37,067 nucleotides of DNA. It comes from Phoronis australis (taxonomy: Eukaryota > Animalia > Phoronida). The position numbers were made by a program, and so were the translations under genes. Each line of letters begins with the position of its first letter. The stretch's first letter is position 1. Location of the stretch: positions 812,694 to 849,760 of the forward strand of contig NMRA01000069.1 of NCBI GenBank assembly GCA_002633005.1, in the 5' to 3' direction. Below are positions 1-12,003 of the stretch, piece after piece. The notes beneath the pieces were generated by a model. It had not been told where the DNA came from. It saw only the letters and a program-made list of their open reading frames with translations, and searched no databases.

Positions 1-262
1 GTACAGATGACTATGGATAATAATGACAACTGTGAACAATGAGTGTACAGATGACTATGGATAATAATGACAACTGTAAACAATGAGTGTACAGATGACT
101 ATGGATAATAATGACAACTGTAAACAATGAGTGTACAGATGACTATGGATAATAATGACAACTGTGAACAATGAGTGTACAGATGACTATGGATAATAAT
201 GACAACTGTAAACAATGAGTGTACAGATGACTATGGATAATAATGACAACTGTAAACAATGA
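1..262. repeat. 44-bp minisatellite, ~6 copies, truncated by window edge; lies in the intron of lectin gene 1
   Basis: Unit gtacagatgactatggataataatgacaactgtRaacaatgagt starts at 1, 45, 89, 133, 177 and 221. A single-copy homologue lies at ~8602 in the intron of lectin 2. Confidence 0.95.
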
Positions 263-1696
263 CGAAGATTGATGATGACTACTGGAGATGTCTGGTGGAC
301 ATTTTTTGATTAATGACTCATGAAGATGTGATGGTAACAATTAATAAAGATGATAACAATTAATAAAGGTGATACTTGATGATCCTTTTCCCCTTTTGTG
401 GGTATTATCGGCAAGACTTTGGCGTACACGAATGTTAGTCCATTAACCTTTAAACCACGCAACACATTTGGCAATTTATGGCATTGATGTACTCAGTGAT
501 GCTCTCTTTAAGGAAGCTTGTAGGCCTAATGTTGAGCTCTGACTATATGAATGTTTTGAGACAAGCAACATCTGGAGATGGAATAAAGCGGATCTGTATG
601 AACTTTATAGTTATGACACAAAACAAGTTGAGATGGACTACAGCCGCTGTACATCATTGAGCACTTTAAGTTGAACTTGTAAGCTAATTCCTTATCTCTG
701 TGCTTGCTTGGTCAAATTGGTTCGAAACCCAACAAATGATGTGAATATGAAGTACGTTGAAAATTACTAAATGTTTTTAAGAATGAGTTTTGTGTTGCAA
801 ATGATCCACCGTAAATCACTCAACTGTGACCAGAAAGTATCATGAAGTGGTGCTAGCAAATAACAAGCATGATGCGGGCTGTGAGCCCCCAAGGAACGCC
901 ATTATTGAAAAGTTTGCATATTTGCAATTTTTTTGTTTTCACATTTACAAGTTGTCAATTAATACAACTGCACTTTGTTTAGCGTAGATTTTGTTAAGTA
1001 GCATCGTCGTTTAGTTCATGAGTTAGGAGCATAAGACATCTTTAATGCTATAAAACTGTATGATAACAGCTTGTTATGAATCAGAAGAGAAGACTGCCAG
1101 CTTAAAAAGGAAACGTCAGTTTCTGACTGCTTGAGATCATGCTCTGCAGACTGAGTATCTCACTGAAACGAGCCAACACTTTGCGCGTAGCCTCAGCAAA
1201 CAATGAATCAGTTCTTTCCAAGCCGGCGAATCACCTTCAACTTGAGTAAGAAAGAGAATTAGGCCAATCAAAATTATAAATGGTTTAACAGAAAATTTAT
1301 CCAGTATAGGTAAAAAAATTTATTTTGCTAAAAGTTAAAGCTTGTATATATATATATATATTTGCCATCCGAATGAATTCCAGAATTATGATAAACGACA
1401 CGAGATCATTGACCTCGATAGTACACACTACTATGGGATGCACGAAAACCTTGCGTCAACCTATTTTCGTCAATTTCACGAACTCTATTTTCAGACTCTT
1501 TTGACAACTAACATTGCATGAGTACATGACGAAAAGGACTGCCAATACCCCAATGATCAGAATCAAGAAAATTCAACATCGACTTGAATTTCGGTATCCT
1601 AAAATTCAGAGACACTCCAAATTGAAGAATCATCACCTGGTTAGTTATTTCTACATGGTTACTACAATACCTTGATACAATGTCTGTTTGTTCCAG

Positions 1697-1818
1697 ATGG
1701 AGAACCCAATAACGATGATGGCAGCGAAAATTGTGCTGAGATAACGCCAACCACTTACAACAGAAAATGGAATGACCAGTCATGCAGTGACAGAAATTTT
1801 GTATTGTGTGAATTCTAG
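1697..1818 (+). CDS. Terminal exon of C-type lectin gene 1 (EPN/WND type); first exon upstream of window
   Basis: ttccag acceptor at 1695-96, phase 1. Translates (x)GEPNNDDGSENCAEITPTTYNRKWNDQSCSDRNFVLCEF*, paralogous to 9381-9526 and 16573-16721. Upstream intron sequence (e.g. 473-580) matches the lectin 2 intron (8803-8935). Confidence 0.9.
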
Positions 1819-1847
1819 AACACAGCGGATCAAGTCCATGGATAAAT

Positions 1848-3682
1848 TAGGGCCCGGACTCCAATATCCGTACTCGGACTCAACTCAGACTCAAACTCAC
1901 ACTTCATACTCAACTCGAGAGTACAATCTCAGCTTTTGTGTATTCAATGTCATACTCGAAAAATCTATACTCGAAATTTCGAGCATGTACTCACTTTTTG
2001 AGTATACTCGAAATGAGTAGTATCTCATCTTTTCGAGTATGATTTTGGGTAAAAATACTGAGTATATGCTCCAAATTTCAAGTTTTGTTTGGCAGTGTGC
2101 TTGAAATCGTACTCAAAAATATGAAGAGCGGAGGTGAGACACAGACAGATTATTCCACAAGCAAGAGAAGAAAATATCGAAAGACCACTGAGAGAAACAG
2201 GAAATTTTTGGAAAATTTAAGTCCTCATACCAAATTTCAGTGCTTCAGTTTCAGTCCAGAGACAATAGTTTTCATATTAAATCATTTTCATATTAAGCCA
2301 CCGTATCACCGCACTTCATTGCCTCCATCCTACTCTACGATTCCCGGAACGGGCGCATTCTAATCTTTTATTGATGAGTCACTACAACAGTCAAAAGCAA
2401 CTGTGGGGAAAGCCATGTTGGAAGTTTGTGCTGCCCTGATTGCAGTAGGTGTGCAATGGTTGCTACTGTTTCCCAAAGACGAGGCGGCATGGAAAGTTAA
2501 GCGAGTTTCTTTCCCTGTCATGTTGAGCCTACATTCCACATCATAGTCTTAGTCGACAATTCCTCAATCCCCGAATGGTATTCTAGATTTTACATGCCGA
2601 TTTCTAATTAGACGTCTCGTAACGTTCACTGATGAACTCTGAATGCCTGTGCATGTAGTGTTTTGTAACTCACACGCCAAATGTCAACTAACTTGATACA
2701 TCCCGGTAAAACTCAAAGATACAATTATCAAAGTTTTAACATCGGCGTAGGCCTACACAACAGTGGGCTCTATATCAAGACTAATTAGCAAGAGAAAAAG
2801 CAAATACAGGGGTTGAGCAGGAACCAAACAAGTAAGGCCCAAAATGTCGACAGGTGTATTGGCTGACCAGGGAAACTGGCTCACTACGGAAGAATGCGCT
2901 AGCAATTAAGGCCCAAACTTTTGAAACTCAACCTCCCCTCAAAGAAAATGTACACTTCGAACTCTCCCTTAAAAATGTTGGTTATGGACCTGTGATATGG
3001 TACGTGACCCCCGGACCCGGGTCACCGGCCCACCACTGCATCATTGAGAAAGAAAATTTCAATATGCCCTCAATACTTGGTCTGACCATGCCAATTTTTG
3101 GATTAAATGACATTTACTCCTAAAAGTATGTGTCAAGTTTACGAGAGCATGAACCCCTTTTGACCCCTGCCTAAATCAGCCACTGGACTTGTACCGTTTC
3201 GGCTGCTGATGTGACTTTGATGTGATGAGCTGTTACACTCGACTTAAATTTCTTAAGACATCTTCGGGAGACAAGGAAAGCAAGAAGTAAAGCTTAGTAA
3301 TTGGCGAATATATCAAGAAGTCTATATTTTTTGGTTTAAGAGTTTTGTATTCTAACTGAAAACAAATCATGAATAACAGTTACAGAACCATCCCCATTCC
3401 ATGATATACTCTTGAAACGACAGCAGACGATGTAGTTGCTGCAGTAGCCTATGCCAATAGGGGGCGCTGAATTGGTGCAACTGTGAGTGGTTTTGCATTT
3501 CATATCATAAAGAGTTCCATAGCAACTCAAGAACAATTCTCAGATTCGAGTACATTTGGAATCTACTCGAAATGCGACATGAAATACGCTTTTTCGAAGA
3601 CGACTCCAGTGAGCGAGATTTTGAGTATGAAATCTCGAATATGAGTATGAGTATGAGTACAGAGATTGGAGACGAGGCCCTG
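1848..3682. mobile_element. Non-autonomous TIR DNA transposon (hAT-like termini), ~1.8 kb
   Basis: Imperfect ~28-bp TIRs: tagggcccggactccaatatccgtactc and gagtacagagattggagacgaggccctg. Subterminal ACTC(G)/GAGTA repeats at both ends. No transposase ORF and no clear TSD. Confidence 0.7.
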
Positions 3683-3959
3683 ATTTCGGTACAACACATT
3701 ACCACATTCATAAGCAATGTATTGAAAAGTTCAGACCATCAGTTGATATATTTAGACAAGTTCTTATAACTATCAATTTGCAAAAAATGTTATGCTTTCT
3801 CACATCCCACTTGACTGGTGATCATGGCTTGTGCGTGAGAGAAGAGTGTCATGCTTGACGTATACCTTGTAATAAAGTTTTATCTACCACAGTGTTATTC
3901 GAATGAGATGGACACCAAAAATAGACTCGAAAATAATAAAAACGGTCAATGAGAGGCAT

Positions 3960-4900
3960 AAACTGCCTCAAATCCAACTGAAAACAGGCAGGTGTCATTG
4001 ATTACAAAAACCTATTTGCCAAATTTCACAAGAATCTGGCTAGTACCTCCAGAGATACAGAAAACAGAATGTAATTGTTACTAGAAGATACAGCAGTAGT
4101 CAGATCCAGCCAAAAATCATCCGGGACCTTCATATACACCTGCCAAATTTAACAGCATCCGGGGCCACCTTCATAAAAATACACCTGCCAAATTTAACAG
4201 CATCCGGGACCACCTTCATAAAAATACACCTGCCAAATTTAACAGCATCCGGGGCCACCTTCATAAAAATACACCTGCCAAATTTAACAGAGATCTTGAA
4301 CAGAGTTTAGGATATACAGTCATGGACACAAAAAAAGTCGGCTGTCCTCTTCCCCAACATAAAATTTATATGCCAATTTTAACAATCATCTTCAAAGTGT
4401 TTTGGCCGATAATAAAAACCTGCCATTAGGTGGCATTTACTACATGAAATCCATCCAAAAACGAGATAAACTGTTTTTTAATAGCTACCTATTCACAAAA
4501 TTTCATCAACATCGTCAAGGAAGTCCAAAGAAACAGAAGAAAACTGGACAAAATAAAACTGTGACTAGGGGGACACAGCAGATTCGCCAGAAAGCTTCCT
4601 CATCTGTTGTCACCATCAACTACACTACTCTGAAGATATGAAATAAGGCTTACTGTAAAGAACAAAAAGTGCCACTAGAGGACACACCGGGAGCTGGATG
4701 CATTCAAACTTCACTCGTGCTGTCCCATCCATAAAGGGAGAGTATCCGCCAAGTTTCATGAACATGAAAACCGATACAAGAAAATCTGCCGCGGTTCGCT
4801 CGAGTTACCCCTCACAGGATGCCATCTTGAGAAAGTTGTGTGAAATCATGTCAGGTGATAAATAATATGTGCAGGGGACACAAATCTTACAAATTCCACC
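3960..4900. repeat. Degenerate satellite-bearing interspersed repeat (HINE/MITE-like family)
   Basis: Recurrent motifs gccaaatttca(c/t)..gatcc and (g)ccactaggNggca, shared with 6368-7830, 11060-11440 and 12420-12995. Boundaries approximate. Confidence 0.55.
4118..4290. repeat. 45-bp tandem repeat, ~3.5 copies
   Basis: tacacctgccaaatttaacagcatccgggRccaccttcataaaaa; tacacc at 4135, 4180, 4225 and 4270. Confidence 0.92.
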
Positions 4901-6367
4901 AGATATTTTATTATGCAATATTTTTTGTTTTAGTTAATTGGATGACCACCCAAGTTATCACTTCCAGATGTGTCTTCGGCATGCAGATAAGAAACTTCTG
5001 ACAAAGAGTAGGCAAATTTGTAAAAACTTCCCCTGCTGTTTCAGGGTCCGGCAAATTTATTATGGATTTCAGGACCAACACGATGACAGGTTTTAAGAAG
5101 ACGCTATATAGTACGAACTTGCACCCACAGTTGAGTTTTGAAAGTTAAACTCGGTATCCAACAATTGACTTTATGGGCCAACTCGTGAACACCTCCACGA
5201 CGACATTAACAGTGTTGAATGCAAGCTGAGCAAATTGGCTAATGATTCTAAAACGTCAATTTTGAGCACATTAATCCAAACCAAGTGATTCAATTCACTG
5301 GTTTGGTTATGACAAAACAAAATCTATGTGAAGGTTATGTAAGACCCTTGAAAAATATTCAAATTTAACTAACTTCCGAAAATCATATCTTACAAATAAC
5401 TGATCGTATTCACAGATACTATGCTGTATACATTGCTAATATCCAAAGTGTAGTTAGGAATTATTTATAAAACAGTAGATTATTGCATGGTGAGCTATCA
5501 AAAATTATAGGGTTATGTTATTAAACTTGTCTCCCCCTAAAATTCGTCAAGGACCTTATGTTTCAGAGACTGAAAATAGAGACACTTACGGCCAATACCG
5601 TAGACTTTTAATCATAATTAGTTCTGTGGTTTGATAGAACATTTATATGAAAGAACAAAATTTGTTACACAGTGTCAGGAGTGGAACATTTATGATTTCT
5701 ATGAAAGAACTCAAATAGTTCCATAAAACAAAATTATTTAGAAAAAGGAAACAGTGTTTTTGAGGTTTCATCACGAACAATATTTTATATCAAATGGAAT
5801 TTGGTCATGTTCATGATACGGTAAATATCAACAATTTTATGGTGGACAATTGAAACTTTAATTTCTCATTTTTCATAAAAGGTATGTATCATCAAGTTTA
5901 CCATGAATTCTACACAACAGCAAACACCAGAAAATATTAAAATTGTAGGCATTTGCAACAATGTAAGAAGACATTAAAAACGAAAATGGGCAAACTTTTG
6001 TCTGAAATTATCCCACAATTGTTTTGCTAAAAACACACACGTGTTGATAAGGACCTGTAGAACCTTATGCTAATGGCTTGCAAAGTCATGTTTTGAGTTG
6101 TTGAAATAACACGACCATGCATACTACAAAATCATCAATTTCTACATTTCAGTTGTTCCCAGCCTCTTACATTGTAGGTGAAAGTGGCACACTTCTGTTG
6201 TGGCCTTGGACACATAATGTTTACATTAGGATCAACCCTGGTTATGTGATTAGAAGTACCTAACTGTCAAACTGATATCTGATAAGCATTAATGTATGAG
6301 TGTGTTGCCCTTTGGTAACAGATTATTTGTACTTCAGATTACAGAGAACAAAACCTGGTTAAAAACC

Positions 6368-7830
6368 AACAAGAGCAAGGCAGAGGTTGAAATGCACCAA
6401 CCACTGTAACGCAAATGGAGTGTTTCTACGGGTATTTACTAGTGTCTAAAATGGCCACTAGACTGTGCAGAATACATCAAATTCATTCCAAAATGGAAAT
6501 ATGCTATTGAACTCATATTATCAGAAACTTGTTCACCAAATTTCAATAAAAACCATCAAAAAACTCTAAAAATACAGAGGCAAATGTAAAAACTAAAATT
6601 GTCACTAGGGAGTACACTGGTAGTCAGAACCATCAAAAAGTTTTAGATAGCTGTTGTCACATTCTTAGTATGTATAACATTAGCAAAATTTCACAAAGAT
6701 CCTTCAAAGAACATACAGCCTAGGATGCAGACAAAATCACCACCAGGACATGTCACAGATGTAACATGCGTCCAAAAATCAATGTCTTCTCATCAGGTAC
6801 ACATCTGTCACGTTTTCTAAATAATCTTTAAACAGTTCGGATGATGAGGAGGTGGATACAACAAAGGCTTGAAAAAATAGAAATAACCACTAGGTAGTGC
6901 AAAAATACATTGAACCCATGAAAAATGGAAGACTTATCATCATCATAATCTTATTTTATTTGACAAATGAACTGAAGCTGCCATAAAGGTAAATGTAAAA
7001 AAACTAAAACTGCAACTCGGTGGAACAACAATAGTCCTATAGGTCTGAAACAAGTCATGTTTTGTGAGCTTTATCAGTACATGTCCACAAAGATCCTACA
7101 AAGAGTTAAGGAGAGCAGTGTTAGACAAAAAATGCAACTAGGGGGCGCCAAAGCAGTCAAACCTGTCTGAATATCAATGTCAACTAAAGCCATCTCACCA
7201 GAAATACATCTGGCAACTTTCACAAGGAACCTTCAAATAGTTTGGCCAACAGAGAAGGGGACACCAAAACAGGTTCGAATCTGTTAAAAATCCCCATTAG
7301 GTGGCACACAATTGGTCAAATTTGTCCAAATATAGGAAAACATTGCAGTCACCAAAATTGTAACCCATCTGCAAAATCTCATAAAAATAAATCAATTAAC
7401 TCCCTAGATATATAGGAAGAATTTTTTAAAATGTCACTCTAATTGTCGGATTGGTCTGAAAAATGATATAGTTCATTGTCATCTGCTAAACTTCAATAAG
7501 TTCTTGCAAAGGGTTGAGGAGATTCAGCCGTGAATGTAAAATTGGCAGATACAAAAGGTGGCACAGAATTGTCAATGACGTCCGAAAATGAAAGGGTATT
7601 GTCAACTTCAAGATAGAAACCTATTGGCTAAGTTTTAGGAAAATCCATCCAAGATTTCCGAAGATACAGAGGCAACCGTAAAAAAATTACTACTAAGGAG
7701 CAAAGCGGTAGCAGGATCCGGTTGAAATTTGTTGTCACCCGTCATCAGCTTCGGCTTCATAGAAATACACCTGCCAAATCTCATCAAGATTCTGCCAGAC
7801 ACCCAGACAGAGAGGAGGCCACAAGGTAAT
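6368..7830 (+). mobile_element. ~1.5 kb satellite-bearing interspersed element inserted in the upstream region of lectin 2
   Basis: Begins aacaagagcaaggcagaggttgaaatgc, homologous to the element start at 36844. Carries internal degenerate repeats. Its flanks (~6296 and ~7835) are nearly contiguous in the paralogous lectin 3 upstream region (~13230-13270). Confidence 0.6.
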
Positions 7831-7845
7831 AAGCACGAAAATACC

Positions 7846-7935
7846 GATAACCCAAATTGTAAATGTATTTGTAAAGGTAAAACAAAACTATTATATCACA
7901 GAGTCTCCAAAACAGATAAGACATAGCCTGTATAT
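7846..7935 (+). promoter_or_regulatory. Putative proximal promoter of lectin 2 (two GATA sites and a TATA-like box)
   Basis: GATAA 7846, AGATAAG 7914 and TATAT 7931, positionally conserved upstream of lectin 3 (13267, 13337, 13350). Confidence 0.45.
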
Positions 7936-8006
7936 CATACTGCCAGGTCACGTTTTGCATCAGATGCAGCACAAAGTCTATCTGCACGAGAGGCGACACC
8001 AACACT

Positions 8007-8502
8007 ATGCTTTTCACTCTAGTTCTACTGAGCGTTCTACTCACTGCAGTTGACGCCAAGCCACTCAGACACAGACGGCACGTGCCCGAAGATCCTCTAA
8101 TCAGCATGTTCAGACAACAAGAGCAGGCGATGCAACAACTCAGCAGTCTGGTTGCCAACGTCTCCCACATGATGGGTGAGAAGATGGAACGCATTGAAAA
8201 AGCACAGCAGCGACTGGAGATGAGACTGTACTCACATTGCCCAACACTGTACACAATAATAGGGCAATCTTGTTACAAATTATACACGGATAAAACTGAC
8301 TGGTTCGAAGCGCGCAAAAAATGCCAAGCTGACGGAGCCCAGCTAGTTGCTATAGAAACTGCAGCAGAGCAAGGAGTAGTGGTGCAATTAATAAGTGGAT
8401 ATCCACGCGAATCCGTGTGGATAGGTGGAAACGACCATAACACGGAAGGACATTTTGTGTGGGACGCTACAGGGTCGGACCTCTACTACACTAACTGGGA
8501 GG
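8007..8502 (+). CDS. C-type lectin gene 2, exon 1 (signal peptide, neck, N-terminal part of CTLD)
   Basis: Signal peptide MLFTLVLLSVLLTAVDA, RHRR site, heptad-like neck, CPxxY..IGQSCY, W.EAR..C, LVAIET..E, VWIGG, YTNW. Phase-1 donor G|GTGAGT at 8503. Confidence 0.93.
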
Positions 8503-8658
8503 GTGAGTTAAAATATTGCCTTGAACATAGTTTGAAAATGACCTGAAACTGTAGAGGAGAACGACACTTGGTGAAAGTGATGAAGAACAATGACGATACC
8601 CATGACTATGGATGACAATGACAACTGTAATTGATAACGGCAATTGATGATGACTGAT

Positions 8659-8715
8659 GGAGATTTTGCCTAATGGAGATGTTGCCTGACGGATATGTTA
8701 CCTAACGGAGATTTT
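8659..8715. repeat. 16-bp tandem repeat, ~3.5 copies, in lectin 2 intron
   Basis: ggagattttgcctaat-like units at 8659, 8675, 8691 and 8707. Confidence 0.7.
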
Positions 8716-9380
8716 TTGATGATCCTGCCCCTTTAAAGTTTTGTGGGTGCGAGACTGTGATGAAGATGGTAAGACTATCACCGTAATCATTCAATAAAAT
8801 TAGCAATTGATGGCATTGATGTACTCAGTGATGCTCAGAAAACAATTTGGTATATGTTCCCTTTTAAGAAAGCCTGTAATGTTGAGCTCTGACTAAGGAG
8901 ACTATACGAACGTTTTGTGACATGCAACAACTGGAGGTCTGACTTAGGACACTATTTCAGTATAAATGTTTTAAGATGCGCAACGAAATGGATTAAAGCT
9001 GCTCTAAATATTATTTTGCTCAAAGATAGAGCTTGTACGAAATTTCAGAAGCAGGCAAGGATTGCCATCTAAATTCAAGAATTATGACAAACAATAAGGA
9101 ATCATTTGTTTTGATGTTATACATTAGTATGTGGACAAATGAAAACGTGTCAGCGACTATTTCCAACAATTTCATGAACTGCCAAATCTATTTTCAAACT
9201 CTTTCAACAAAAAACATGGAATAGAATATTCTTAACGTGAGGAATTTAGAAATTCAAAATTGACTTAAAATTTTGGTGTCCTAAATTTCAGTGTCCAAAT
9301 TGAAAAAAATTCACCTGTTCAGCTATTTCATTATGGCAGGCAGGTTTATAACTTGATACAGCATTACCTCTTTGTTCCAG

Positions 9381-9526
9381 ACGGACAGCCCAATAACCTC
9401 AATGGCAGCCAAAATTGTGTAGAGATTGCACCAACAACTAACACCAGAAAATGGAATGATGAGCTATGCAGTTACAAACAGTTGACATTGTGTGAAGCCT
9501 ACAGACCGGATGAATCCCGTGGGTAA
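9381..9526 (+). CDS. C-type lectin gene 2, exon 2 (QPN/WND); spliced product 213 aa, perlucin/tetranectin-like secreted lectin
   Basis: ttccag acceptor at 9379-80. Translates DGQPNNLNGSQNCVEIAPTTNTRKWNDELCSYKQLTLCEAYRPDESRG*, in frame with exon 1. Confidence 0.92.
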
Positions 9527-10409
9527 TGGGAAAAGGAATGAATTTCCGTCGACTAGTCAAGTAACCTCGCCACAATTTGACATATCCTACAAATTTAAAA
9601 AGCAGTATTTTGCTTTTCTGTTAATAAGGATGAAAAGTAATTACGTCACACACCAAGCAACTATGGTGTTCGTACACTAAATGTACAACCTATTTTTCCT
9701 TGAGAGCTTCGAGTTCCAGTTAATAGAGACAAAACCGGGAATACAAACTATTAGAGTCAAATGTTCCAGTTATTAGAAAATGAGTGCAACGAGGGCCTCC
9801 TAGAAGATGGTTTGGAATTGGCCAAATTATTGTCCTGGGTCATGGATTTAGTTCAAGATATATGGTAATACTTGAAAGTTTTGTCTTCCCATGTTTTCAA
9901 ATTTCAAGAACCTTGACGGCTTCAGTATCTTGGCTCTCAGTGATGCTGTCTTCAGCACCGTTTCCCATGCAGTGCACTAGATATTAAAAAATCAAGCCAG
10001 AGACAGTGGTTTTACCAACGCTCCCAACTTATTTAGTTGGAAGCTCTCGGATTTTGAAGATTCCCTTACCTTGTTACTGGATGTTTGTATAGCACCTTAT
10101 AATAATAAAAAATAAGTAAAACTTAATATTTTTCGCTTGTTGCATCTCGGTTAAATTGGCATTAGAGATTTCACCAATGTCGCAACAGGCAGTTCTTTAG
10201 CAATATAAACATTTTCAATAACTTTACACACGAGCATGAATTTACTCAGGGTCGATATTTACTGAAAAGTAACCCTGTGCGTCATGGCGCTCAACTGAAA
10301 TTTCTTAAAAGTTAAGAAGGAGTGTAGTAGAGCAGTAGACACTTATCGTATTCCAAAAAATCAGTAGACGCATGGAATGTGAATGTTTGCGGTAATAAGA
10401 AATAGAACA

Positions 10410-10865
10410 AGAGTAATTAGAAAATGGACGATCGCTGCACAAATAAAAAAGTTCATGTTAACTCAACGTTTCGTCTATTCGTAAGACATCATCAGGAAAT
10501 GTACAGTAGGACAACAGGTGTCAGTACCATTCAAGTCACATCCATGAGGTGAAATGAGAGTGAGATATACAGGGAAAGCTAGTAGGTCATCACCATAGTT
10601 GTAGGGTCACTGAGCTCTGCATGTTATTGAGAGAATCAGTAGCATGCTGGTCCTGAATGGCCAGTGACTCCTTGATATACAGTCATTCCTTAGAAGGTTC
10701 TTTACAAATAATACTGACTGAATTGTCTTGGAGGTTGCTGCTAATACAATGGCTATAGATGTTACTTTTGTCAGAGGTGTTATGTTCTTTCAGTCCATCA
10801 CAGAGATGTCTCTGAGTGAGTCCAATACAGAATTCCTTACTTTGGCCAAAAATGACGTTAGAACA
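10410..10865 (-). mobile_element. Penelope-like retroelement 3' fragment (degenerate GIY-YIG endonuclease and 3' end)
   Basis: SNVIF..CIGLTQRHLCDGLKEH..SNIYSHC..KE*LYIKESLAI..SLNNM..LW* (10590-10862), one in-frame stop at 10683-85. Matches the YIGxTxRxLxxRxxEH / LxIKExLxI..LN pattern and is followed by the hammerhead motif. Outer boundaries approximate. Confidence 0.75.
10462..10498 (-). ncRNA. Minimal (Penelope-type) hammerhead ribozyme-like motif
   Basis: Minus strand reads UUC-CUGAUGA-U-GUC(UUACGAAUA)GAC-GAA-ACGU-U-GAG: both core boxes, short stem II, palindromic ACGU in place of stem III, short stem I. Lies ~90 nt 3' of a GIY-YIG relic. Confidence 0.6.
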
Positions 10866-11752
10866 AGAGTAACGCGGGGCCTTGAAATGTGCCCATGAAT
10901 GCACCGCAAACAGCGTGCTTCTAGGGATGCTCATTTGTATAATAAAAATGGCCATTAGATGGAATCCATTCAAAAATGGGAAGGTGTCGTTGGCTCTCAA
11001 AATTAATTGCCATATTTTACGAAAATCTGTCAAATAACTCCAAAAACACAATGACAAACATAAAAACAAACTGCTATTAGGAGCCACAGCAGCAGTCAAA
11101 TCCAACCATCTGCAATCAAGTTAATAGGAAAACACCTGCAAAATTTCAAAAACATCTTGCAAGGGGGGAGGTCAGGACACACAGCCATAGTCATGCTCTT
11201 GTCAGTAAGAACACATCTGCTAATTTTCGTAATTATTGTCTGCGCAGTTTGGCAAATACAGAAGCAAACAACAAAAACAGAATAAAAACTTAGAATGAGA
11301 TGGACAACAAAAACAAACTTAAAAATAATAAAAACAGTCAATAAGAGGCATGCGCTGTGTCAACTCCATCTGAAATCTGGAAGATGCCATTGCTTATAGA
11401 AACATCTGGCAAATTTTGTAAAAATGTTTGGCTAGTACTGTAGATTTTCAATCAAAGATTGAGTATTAATAAAAGTTCTGTGGTTCAAAACAAAATTTAT
11501 ACCGAAGAACAAGATTTGTTACATAGTGGAACACCTATGATTTCTTTAAAAGAACTCAAAAAGTCGCACAGTATGAAATGACAATTTAATTTTTTGAAGT
11601 TTCCTAGTGAACATTTCTATCAAATGAAATTTCGTCATGTCCATGATACAGTAAATCTCATCAACTTAGTACACAATATGGCAGACATACGAAACTTTAT
11701 TTTCTAATCATTTTTCATAAAGAATATGTAGCAAGGTTTGCCATGTCAAGTT

Positions 11753-12003
11753 CAGGGGCACGTTCCAAGAAACTGACTTATAAGTTCATTTTTACCTAAG
11801 GCTAAGATTTGCCTCAAATTCCAAACTTTGAAATTTCCACATCTGGAAAGACAGCCAAAGTTAAGAAAAAAATTCAAGAGCTTAAATCAAACTTAAGTTC
11901 TCTTCCTAAAAGCAGACTCCAGAAAAATTTAACTTTTATCTTAAACTGGAGTGAAATTCAAGATTTGTCTAAGCTAAGTCAGTTTTCTTGGGACAGGACT
12001 CTG
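11753..12003. mobile_element. ~250-bp MITE
   Basis: Imperfect TIRs caggggcacgttccaagaaactgactta and taagtcagttttcttgggacaggactctg. The paralogous empty site tcaagtt|taccat is seen at 5892-5904. Confidence 0.75.

Noticed and set aside
1-262. CRISPR-like appearance of the 44-bp array (also the 45-, 31- and 33-bp arrays)
   Set aside because: Units are head-to-tail with no unique spacers, the context is eukaryotic, and there are no cas genes.
790-900. Minus-strand peptide HACYLLAPLHDTFW resembling the missing XPOT motif PACFLAPLKQTF
   Set aside because: Flanking residues do not match, an indel is needed, and no suitable splice sites were found; real XPOT exons here are far better conserved.
1145-1175. 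ctgagta...gaaacg as a second hammerhead
   Set aside because: Does not fit CUGANGA and lacks convincing stems.
7784-8254. 156-aa minus-strand ORF (and 13379-13681)
   Set aside because: Antisense shadows of lectin exon 1.
8503-8546. ORF-track C-termini of the lectins (GELKYCLEH..., GELT)
   Set aside because: Read-through into introns past GTGAGT donors; the CTLD is completed by exon 2.
10683-11105. 140-aa ORF as a host gene
   Set aside because: A chance fusion of repeat sequence with a decayed Penelope GIY-YIG frame.
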